From NCBI GenBank assembly GCA_964016885.1, contig OZ024743.1:91016001-91080000 (forward strand): a DNA stretch of 64,000 bases, in the 5' to 3' direction. The notes below the pieces were generated by a model. It worked only from the letters and a program-made list of their open reading frames with translations, did not search any database and was not told where the DNA came from. This document shows positions 53,622 through 64,000 of this stretch, in pieces (the stretch's first letter is position 1; each line of letters opens with the position of its first letter). The stretch comes from Eledone cirrhosa (Eukaryota). A program made the position numbers and the translations under genes.

Positions 53622-54068
53622 GTAGGGAGAGGCTGAAGAAATTAAAGCTTTACTCCCTGGAACGGAGACGGGAGAGATACGCAGTAATATACATAGGGAA
53701 GATCCTGGAAGTGTTAGCACCAAATTTCGGCTTTGGAGGCAGGACCATCCCACGAACAGGACGTCGCATCGAGAATAAGGACCACATACTGTAATAGCCT
53801 GGTGTTTAAGAGACCCCAGTTTTTTAATACGCTGCGAAAAAATCTGAGAGATCTACATAGCGTGCATGTAGATTCTTTCAAGAGACTTCTCGACATTCTA
53901 CTGACCAAGATCCCGGATGAACCCACGGCACGGGGCAACGCACAAGAGCAGCAGAACAAACTCCCTTTTGCATCAATGGCCAACCAGGGAAGGCTGGTTA
54001 TAGAAAGTGTAGCATCGGTGGTGGTGCACAGGCATGACCTCAGCCCCTCGGCTGGAACATAAATAAAT
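53622..54068 (+). mobile_element. CR1-group LINE 3' fragment
   Basis: RERLKKLKLYSLERRRERY...FFNTL...SFKRLLDILL..IPDEP; related 3' UTR at 32185-32275. Confidence 0.75.
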
Positions 54069-54104
<36 letters not shown>

Positions 54105-54936
54105 ACATTTATTCACAGTTGTATAAATAACATTACAAATTGCTTATAATTTTTACAGAATGAAAATATAAACGCATATAATAAATACAATTTATTATTG
54201 CTAGGAACCTCACAAATGTAATGCACACAAATATATGATGAAAGCGAGAGAAAAAGAAAAGAAAAAATAAACAAACAAAAACAACCATTAATTCAGCACC
54301 AAGTGAGACAATAAAGGTCACACACCATAAAGGTCAACGGAAAATTTTGAGGAAATCCAACACGCTGGTAGCATTACCGTCTTGGAGACGGAAAAGAATT
54401 GGAGAAGGGAAACGCCTGCGGGAATTTGACTATGTATCTGCCGGACAACGGCAATGGCTATTACACTAAAGTGATTTAGCCAACATTTGCACAAAAAATT
54501 TGGAATGCTTTCAGCAAATTCCCCAATTTTACATATCAAAGTTAGCTTGGCGCAAGTAATTGGAATTGAAAAGGTATACACTCTGTTTAGCTCTACACCT
54601 CGCTACAGACGTGAATCAAGATATCGAATGCTCACCTGAGTGAACCTACAGTAACTTCACATTACACTCCCTATAATAACACACACACACACACACAAGC
54701 ACATGCTTATGCACGTGCTCAAGTATAGCTCTTTTTACAAAACGTTTTTTTTTTTTCATTTCAGGTAGACGCGCGCCATCATCCACTTTTCTAAAAAAAA
54801 CAAATCATACACAAAACGCCAGCACCAACAGTTTTGCAAGAGATGTCAACATGAATGGACCTGTTATTTTTATCTGAAGACATTTTTTCCAATTCCATCC
54901 CGCCCGTTCCCTCAATCTATTTTATTTCTCATTCTT

Positions 54937-54972
54937 TCTTCTGATGAAGGACTAGCGTCCGAAACGTTAAGA
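54937..54972 (+). ncRNA. Minimal PLE-type hammerhead
   Basis: tctt-CTGATGA-a-ggac-tagc-gtcc-GAAA-cg-TT-aaga. Confidence 0.72.
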
Positions 54973-56952
54973 CCCTCTTCTTGTTGTATCAAGCGTTAAC
55001 CTAATATATACCTTCCATATACTGTACCGAATGTGTTGTTATTTCTGTTTACCTTTAAAACGGCGGCGAAGATTCGAAACCGAATCTGATCTTTCCCGCC
55101 TTTGGGACAAGCCGTGGTTAGTTGTTTACGCCCGGCAGACCAACCCCTTGGGGGATGCTAACCACAGGTCAGATGTTGTTTACGCTCGGCAGAAAAGAGG
55201 TCAGATGATATATCCATCCTTCTAACTTCAACCGTTATAAATACAAGGGTTGTTTACACCCGGCAGAAAAAGTGAGACCACAGATAAGAGAGGATCTATT
55301 TCACCAACGCTGTCAATACTCCCTTCACGAAAAACAGTCTGTCCACTAATTTCTCACACGCCATTCACGCCTGGCTGATCGAATACTACTACTGCTAAGA
55401 CAAGAACGTTACTAATACGCACACACATACACATAGTAAGTTCACACTGTTTGCATTTTACATTCACCATTACTGTCTGTCACATTGTATCTGTAGTGAC
55501 TAGCGCCACCTTCGTCCGGGGAACTAAATTAATTGGAGTTACTTTCCCGTGGCCTCTCTCTCTCTCTTGCAGCTTGACCTTGCTAAGGTAAATACCAATT
55601 CTTCTTTTGCTCCGCAAACACGAACAATATGTAACGACAAAACATTACTACAGGCCTGGCCAACACCTCAGCCAGTCGACCGTACCTTCTCTTGCAATCT
55701 TAATTGGTTTATTTCATTTCTTTTGGCACGCAAAAAAAAAAAAAATTAACAGTATATCAAAAAAATTTCAACACGAACACGCAGCAAAACAAATCACCAT
55801 CGCTAAAAATGGAAAAAACACAAACAAACTCTTTCGTTGCAGCAAACTCATCAACAGGTCATATTAAATTCGCAACCCGAAAGAACAAAAAAAATAAGGA
55901 ACAAGCAGACGTATACACAGACACCAAACAGGTGAACTTTTCGTTGGGACACACTTTCTTCCACCTAACGTGGCATTTCGGACAAAAAAATTGCTCCGGC
56001 TTCAAGGACACAAATTTTCTCCGACAAACAAAAAAACAGTTTCTCCAACGAATAACATTTTCCTACACCTCACGTGTTATGTCATCTAAATGTGTCTCAC
56101 TCACTGGATATATATTTCGTTACATCTTTCATTTTCGGTAGCCATCTTGTCTCTTTCGTAATTTTCCCGCGCAAAAAAAATGTTTTCAACTTCAATTTCA
56201 CCTTGTTCTAGCACGTGTGTAGTGCACAAATCTCGACTCACTGAGAACCCACGCTTTGCTATTTCTTTCCAAGGACTTCATCAGCCCAAGCTATTTTTTT
56301 GTATTTGCCAGTAAAAAATTTGCGACACTACAAAGTCGTAAATTGGGGTTAGTTACTGTGCATTTATCCTACATGCTCGTTTCTATGGTCGCAACTTCAT
56401 CTGGACTCAAACAGATCAAACATTTATATTTAATAAACTGGTCATAAGGTTATTTACTCTAGTAGATAACACTGTATGCCAATTATTAATTTAATAATTT
56501 AATAAGTGAAGGAACACAAGAATATGTAAGGAAAGCAGGAAGCAAGATGATGGTATGCAGACAGGAAATAATATATATGATAACAACGATAAGTCTTCTC
56601 AACTGTATATGAAGGTAGTTTTTCTTTATTCGTGTGCTTGTGTGTGTGTATATTACAATGGTTAAATGACATACCTGTCACTTGTTTTGTTAATCCTTGT
56701 GAGAAGGAATGGAATATATCTGAGCTGAGCCTTATGGTATAGGTCCTCAGGCAGATGTGTTGCAGGTCGGAAAAGCTCGACCGAAAGAGAAATAAGAGCT
56801 AAGAATTACCTTTGGCGAAACCGTGCCTGTCCTACTAGGCAGGCGGCTAAAAGTTGAAGAGAGAGAGAGAGAGAGAGGCTCCCTTATCTACTGGCCACGG
56901 GGAAGTAACTCCAAATAGTCTGGTTCCCCGGACAGATGGCGCTAGTCACTAC

Positions 56953-57070
<118 letters not shown>

Positions 57071-57261
57071 TGGAAGCCTAGTAAAATCGAAGCTTTGGCT
57101 GTGGGCAAGCAAAGTCGACCTACAATAGGAATGAGTTAGCAAAGCACTCAATAAGGGTAGGTCCTTAGAGTAATAACATACGTTTAAATAGCTTGACAAA
57201 TTGAACATTGCGGTGGCAAAACCCAACCACACAATACCAAAGTAACGAAAGAACTAACAGG

Positions 57262-57312
<51 letters not shown>

Positions 57313-57706
57313 AAGTGAGTCCTTCATCAGTGACCCTCCAACCGTCCTCGGCATTTCATCGCTTTAAGGGCCATATGCCTCAGGTTGGTGCGAACAACGG
57401 CTAAAAAAAGTCGTTGGGACACGTAAACAAAGGGGGACGCTAGAGTAACAACAAAAAAGTTTAAGCAACGGAAAGTGAGTAGAAATAGACAAGTCCCAGA
57501 TCTCTATGAATATACCCATTTGCAACGCCGCAGCTCCATTATTATCATATTTACACATATATATATATATATATAGAAGTGGTTCACCAGTACCGGTAGT
57601 TCACCATACCGGTATGGTGAACTAACTGTTGTGTTACCACTTCTACCTAACTCGTCCCATGAACTGAGTGCTCTACTACTACGGATATTACCTTCCAGTG
57701 TTCTAC

Positions 57707-57788
<82 letters not shown>

Positions 57789-58095
57789 GGTAAACAGAAA
57801 TAACAACACAATCGGTACAGTATATTGAAGGGATATATTAGGTTAACGCTTGATATAGCAGGAAGAGGGTCTCAACGTTTCGGACGCTAGAAGTTTAATT
57901 TAGAAATGGCTTTTACAGGACTAGAGCTGTTTCATTCAGAAGAAATAATGAAGGATTTTCCGATGATTTCTTTTGAATGAAACAGTTCTAGTCCTGTAGA
58001 AGCTAACTCTATATTAAACTTGATGATTACACTTTACTAATGAATTCAACCGAGGACTCACACACACATAATTAGTTACAACAGTGACATATACA

Positions 58096-58205
58096 GGTAC
58101 TTAAGTTTCGTTGGGTTATTCACTTTCAACTCATTCAGCCATTTTTAATTGTATGACAGGCTGAATAAGTTGGGGTGTATAACCCAACGAAACTTAAGTA
58201 CCTGT
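58096..58205. ncRNA. Inverted pair of variant hammerheads (58096-58140 minus; 58156-58205 plus)
   Basis: acagg-CTGAATAA-gttggg...cccaac-GAAA-cttaag-TA-cctgt; the minus copy has CTGAATGA. Confidence 0.6.
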
Positions 58206-58974
58206 ATATGTCACTGTTGTAACTAATTATACTTAACTCGTCCTATGGATTCAGTGCTTTAACACTCGGATATTAATACCAAATTTGTACTATAATATAT
58301 ATATTTAATTTCTACTGCTATTGTCTGTTTAACTTGTTAATCTATTCACGACATAAAACATGTTTTCGCTTTATGTTCCCGTTTTTTACCTTGCTCTTTT
58401 CAAATCATATTAAAAAAACACACAAACCTGTTAACTTTATCATTACTATTATAAATAAATAATAAATATATAGTAAAACGAATAGATTACGTTTTTTTTT
58501 TAATATGACTAAAACGTCTCTTCGACGCTGTTTTAGTTTCAACACAGGCTCAGAACAAGTAACTCGATAGTATTGTACAAATAAAACTTTATTACAGGGG
58601 CGGTAGAGCATGACCTTTCCTCAATAGTTATATTTTTCTCCCCAAACTACCAAAACACATCTATTTGGTTGATATTTGATAATGACACTGCAATATATAT
58701 TGTTAACTTTCATAGTAAATTTTTTTGTCATGTCATAATTTTTCTCCACATATCACTATTTGCCAATTATTAATATGTGTGTTCAGAGACAGATTTCATA
58801 GGTCATTTTGCTATAATCACTTTTAAATTATTGACACTTGTAAATGCAATATGACCTGCTTGGACTCAAACTGCATTTTCTAACCATTTTATAAATTGCT
58901 CGCGATTCGTTCAAAAGAACATTATAAATATAATATAATATGATTCATTGAACAATAATGATAAAGGAAAGAAA

Positions 58975-59235
58975 AAAAGGTGAGGGTGCAATTCACCACT
59001 AAGGTGCGACAATCGGCCGCACTTCACACCTTGAGGGTTAACTATACACTTTGAGACAAGCCAACACGGTCGTAGCATTACCACGAGTGATGGCGAGGCT
59101 AAGGCGCTGAAATAACCAGGCGCCTGGTACCAGGCATCACCTGACACCTCAGTAAGGTGAGCAACCAGTGATGACAAGAACTTCGCTGTCAGCGGCCCAA
59201 CTCCACCAAACGTTTCGAACGCCACAGGCTGGAAA
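58975..59235 (-). mobile_element. CRE-clade (RLE) LINE 3' fragment
   Basis: PVAFETFGGVGP..AKFL..L...L....GD motif. Confidence 0.6.
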
Positions 59236-59378
59236 AAAATTATTATTTTACCATTTTAGAGTGCAAAGAGTTAACCTAATCACTATAACTAAATTGACCA
59301 AATTTGTCCCACCCCAAATCAGAAATGCTTCCACCATTGTATATATATATAATTATATAATAAACAACACAAGATAAT

Positions 59379-59452
59379 TATTCCATTACCTAAGGTTTCA
59401 CGAAATTAGACGATTCTAACAGAAACGTCTAGTTGATTCATCAGATGAAATA
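59379..59452 (-). ncRNA. Type I hammerhead ribozyme
   Basis: Reverse complement tatttcat-CTGATGA-atcaactagacg...cgtctaatttcgt-GAAA-ccttagg-TA-atggaata. Confidence 0.75.
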
Positions 59453-59522
59453 CATAGAGCACTTTTATTTCCTTTATATTTTCTACGGAGATACCTAAAA
59501 ACACACACACACACACACACAC

Positions 59523-59641
<119 letters not shown>

Positions 59642-60339
59642 TACTTTGGGAGGGTCATGTTGCCAATAAGAAACATACGCACCATGACCCTCCCAAAGTA
59701 TAATATCGGTTTCAACACACGTTTTCAGATAAAGAATCTTGCTAAACAAATTCAGAAATGAAATATATATGTATATATATATATATATATATATCTCATA
59801 CTTCTCGCCCCCTTTACCACCTCTTCTACGGCTTCGATATAAATACCCCCTCCGCCTCCGTGGTATTTTCTTCGGGGTTATAAGAGGCTTAGCTCTGTTT
59901 CTCGACCGTTGTATCGCGTGACTATCTCCCCTCCGCCTTTTGGGATTCTTTCTCACGTCGTGTAGACGCGTTCTTGAAGCTAGTAAAATGAGGTATCCTC
60001 TTGATAAGTCGGCAAACCTCGCAAAGGCTCTATATCTTTATGATGTACTGTTTTTGTTTATGCCACGAAACTACGTAGTCGAGGAATCTAGGAGCAGTTT
60101 AGGTATGATACATTTTATTACTAATTATATCTAAATGTTTCTTCTCTCTTCATAATGTATTTTTAACTCTGATACTGGTTCAGTCTAGTTCAACCGGATT
60201 GGTCTGTCCCAGTCATTCATTGAGCAACATCGGTAAGGTTGGCACCATTAACTCACGGTTGGGTGTGGATGCATTCATGTATATGTGTGTGTCCGCATGT
60301 ATCTGTGTGTTTCTAAATATATTATATATATATATATAT

Positions 60340-61069
60340 CTGTTCTACATCATCCACTCTCATCCCAGGAACAGTCTTTGATAGCGCTAGTTTGTGATTT
60401 AAATTCAGGAATTTTATATTCTTTGAATGAAAAGAACCTTCTGACGAGAATCTCTCTTTGCAACGAAGGCCGTATGGTCTCCGTTTTATTTTTGGGATTC
60501 GAAACCGATCGGTAAAGGTAACTATAGTAGGTAAAGTCAATTTTTAAAAATTTATTTTGAAACTTTTTCATTATTTACTAAACCTTGTTTATATTTGTTC
60601 TGGCTCGTTAATTTATTAACCCGCCATTGAACCACACTGGCACTTGGTTGGACAATACATGCGTACCTTGGCGCCTTGTACGTGAAGGGACGTATTTCAT
60701 ATTACTACTACCTCCACAAACGTTGAGAACAAACCGGGTCATTCCGACTGCTGCTGACAACAGCGGTGGCTAGTTTGACCTACCTCCTTTTGCCTCTATC
60801 TTTACTACGGCCCTTGATAAACCTGTTCTACATCATCCACTCTCATCCCAGGAACAGTCTTTGATAGCGCTAGTTTGTGATTTAAATTCAGGAATTTTAT
60901 ATTCTTTGAATGAAAAGAACCTTCTGACGAGAATCTCTCTTTGCAACGAAGGCCGTATGGTCTCCGTTTTATTTTTGGGATTCGAAACCGATCGGTAAAG
61001 GTAACTATAGTAGGTAAAGTCAATTTTTTAAAATTTATTTTGAAACTTTTTCATTATTTACTAAACCTT

Positions 61070-61074
<5 letters not shown>
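60340..61074 (+). mobile_element. Retrozyme-like element, 483 bp period (1.5 units), (TA)n on both sides
   Basis: ~250 bp direct repeats at 60340 and 60823, each with an HHR. Confidence 0.82.
60436..60519 (+). ncRNA. Type I hammerhead (second copy at 60919-61002)
   Basis: acctt-CTGACGA-gaatct...gggattc-GAAA-ccgatcgg-TA-aaggt; palindromic stem III. Confidence 0.85.
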
Positions 61075-61135
<61 letters not shown>

Positions 61136-61192
61136 CAAATTCAGAAACGAAATATATATATATAATGTATAATAAACAATACAATATAATTA

Positions 61193-61260
61193 CCTCATTA
61201 CCAGAGGTTTCCCGAATAAGACGAATACAAGAAGCGTCCTCATTCGTTCGTCAGACAAGG
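61193..61260 (-). ncRNA. Type I hammerhead (same family as 19036-19103)
   Basis: Reverse complement ccttgt-CTGACGA...GAAA-cctctgg-TA-atgagg. Confidence 0.75.
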
Positions 61261-62152
61261 CATTTTAAAACATAGTGAAATATTTGAAAATCTCCTCAAG
61301 AAAGTCAAAAGTTTAACGGGCAAAAAAAATATATAAATAAAAGTAATGCAAGAGATATATAAAAATAAAATAAGGAAATATAGTAAGGGTATGTGTATAA
61401 ATGTGTGTATATTCACTCACAAATGTACATATGTGTGTATGTACAAATGCATGTGTATAGTGAAAAAATGTGTGCGCAAGTACATACATGAGGGAAAGCA
61501 TATCAGTATATGTTTTTTTGTATGTAAAATAAAATTATTAGATTCTCCAGTTACTGTATCGATTTGAATCACTTACAATAAAATTTCACCGGAGATAGAT
61601 TAACAAACTTTAATAAGCGGGGAGGGTGATGAGGGGAAGGGTCTGAAAAATTAATAAACGGGGGGTGGGGGATTATTCAAGACCTAAGAGTAATTGATAG
61701 AGAGAGAGAGAGGGGCATTGAGAGAGACAGTGTCGTGGTAGAAACAGAGAGGGGGAGAGTTTAGTGTGTTAATTGATAGAGAGGAGGATTGGAAGAGTAC
61801 CGTGTAGTAGATATATAGAGAGGGACAGTATATTGGTAATTGATATAGAGATGGGTATTGAAAGAGTGTGTCTTATGTTAGATATAGAGAGGGGGCGAGT
61901 TGTTGGTATTGTATATATAGAGAGGGGGATTCAGAGTGTTTTGTATGGTAGATATAGAGAGTTGGAGAGTGTAGTGGTAATTAATATAGGGAGGGGGATT
62001 TGGTGTGAGTGTCGTGTGGTAGATATAGAGAAGGGGGAAATGTAGTATTGATTGATATAAAGAGAGTACTGTATATTAGATATAGAGAGGGGGAGTGTTT
62101 TGTGGTTGTAGATATAGGGAGGAGGATAATAAGAGTGTCGTGTAGTAGATAT

Positions 62153-64000
62153 ATATTTCTATTTATTTGCCACCAGGGCATCAAAGATTGGGACAAATAC
62201 AAAGGGGGGAGTTTACATACATTTAAAAAGACGTGTAAAAAACATATAACAAATTAAATTTAACAATCGATGTCCTCAATAGGGAGGGGCGTTGACATGG
62301 GTCGCACCCCCCCCCCCCGAAAAAATGTGCAACCCTCCTCTTCAGGAGCACAAAGAGCGGGTGCTTCCTTCCTCTTCTCATTCTTCTCCTCTCTCCCCTA
62401 CAGGCTGATATAGAGAGAAGGCCCATTCACTCGGGCCATTCTCGCTACTTTCACCCATCTTTCATAAAACTTGCTGCGGTAGAGCACCTCTCTCTCCATT
62501 CTGATCCTTCTTCTAAAGTGGTACTTGAAAAAAAAGACCAGTTGTTGGCCGGAGAGAAAGGTGTCTGACCTCAGCCCTTTCAACCTTGTCCACCATACAA
62601 CTTCTTTCGCCATGGCTATCACACAGAGGAAAACCGCCTCTCCTTCGTTTTTGAAAGGGGGAGGCGGTTTGATTGTGACAATGTTCTCGGTGGTCAACCG
62701 GATTGGTCCCACCCGCGACAGTAGTCGTTCTACATAGCCCCACAGGTCAGCAACGCCCGTGCAGTGTAAGAATGCGTGTGCGACGGTTTCCTCGTCACGC
62801 ACGCATCTTGGACAGATCTTCTTCGAGGGGTCCCTACTCGGGCGCCCGTGTCTGTAGAGCTTGTCCCGAACGGGTAGAGCTCCTCGGTAACATTGCCAAG
62901 CCAGGGACTTTTGGAAGTTGTCCATCGGTCCCGGGCCAAACGTCCTACCGAACAGACTGGCCAGGTCGTCTTCCTCCATGCCCAGAGCCTCTCCGAGAGC
63001 GTCGTCGCACTTACTGCGCACCAACCCTCTATAGAATGTTGAGGTTGAGTCTCCACTGATTGCCGGATCCGCTTGCCAGAGGGCCGTGAGCGCCTGGGCA
63101 CATTCAATGTGCCAGTCGCCCACTTTTCTCGGTCTTTGCTTGACCCAGGATTGCAGCTCGGTGAGTGAGACGAGTCTCGGAAAGGCTCGCCTCACAAACA
63201 GGGGCCACACCGGCTGACCGGTGAGGAATACCTGGAGGTGCCGTAGCCTTAATGCGTGTCTACGCATCATCAGCCACGGCATCCCCAGCCCTCCGTTCGA
63301 AGGGTGTTGACAGCAGATGGATCTTCTCACCAAAGGAGCCCGCTTCTTCCAAAGAAATCGGAAGAGCGCGCGCTCCATTTTGGCGAGTGTTTTCTCTGGG
63401 CAAGGCACGACGGTCAAGCGGTAGTAGATGACGGACGCTATATAAGCGTTCGCCACCTCCGCTCGACCTTTCAGGGATAGTTTGCACTCGGCCCACTTCT
63501 GGGCGAGTGCAAACACCTTGCCCGTTACCTCGTCCCAGTTTTTCTCCACCTGGAGGTCCGGTCCGAACCAGACCCCGAGCAGCTTCACCGGTCCCTCCGT
63601 CCAGCGTCCGACGATGCCGTCGGAGGGCATCGTTTTGCCCCTCCACGTCCCGAGTTGCAAACCGACGGACTTGTCCCGGTTCAGCTTGGCTCCTGTGAAC
63701 CTTTCATATTCCTCCAGTAAGGTGCTGATCTGCCCGATTTCCGAGGCGCACGACACCATTACTGTCACGTCATCGGCGTAGGCCGACACCGCTTTCCGCA
63801 ATCCCGGTTCCAAGGGGATGCCCTGCAACAGCTCCAGCTTCCGCAGTAGTGGCTCGAGAGCCAGCACATACAGGAGGGAGGAGAGAGGGCATCCCTGTCG
63901 AATGGATCGCGTGATTTGGAACGGCTCCGAGAGGTAGCCATTCACCTTGACCCTCGAGCAGGTGTTGCTGCTGTGCATTGCAGCAATCCAGCCCCTGAAA
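62153..64000 (-). mobile_element. Second Tx1-family copy (ORF2 C-terminal half plus 3' UTR), runs off the window
   Basis: ORF 62398-63978 is closely similar to the C-terminal half of 23983-27420; AYADD, CPRC..H....C. Confidence 0.93.

Overview
This is AT-rich, microsatellite-saturated animal DNA; the repeat repertoire suggests a cephalopod such as Octopus (inference only). It holds one host gene, the first four coding exons of an SLC22/organic-cation-transporter-like MFS gene on the minus strand (22162 to 4377, continuing beyond the window). The rest is mostly mobile DNA: RTE-clade LINE fragments with a PHD-like finger inside the RT, a near full-length Tx1/L1-clade LINE plus a second partial copy, a near full-length Penelope-like element (RT + GIY-YIG), a truncated mariner, a non-autonomous Helitron, tRNA-SINEs, and CR1 and CRE scraps. 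The main signal the ORF track does not show is about 30 type I hammerhead ribozyme (HHR) motifs, from more than 10 sequence-distinct small elements and almost always bounded by (TA)n. They include a 5 x 310 bp tandem retrozyme-like array (51779-53305), a ~485 bp retrozyme-like family (positions 39-705 and 60340-61074) and several back-to-back inverted HHR pairs. A 48/51 bp minisatellite has also amplified the SLC22 exon-4 splice donor about 58 times. Coordinates and RNA pairings were read by eye, so element boundaries are approximate.
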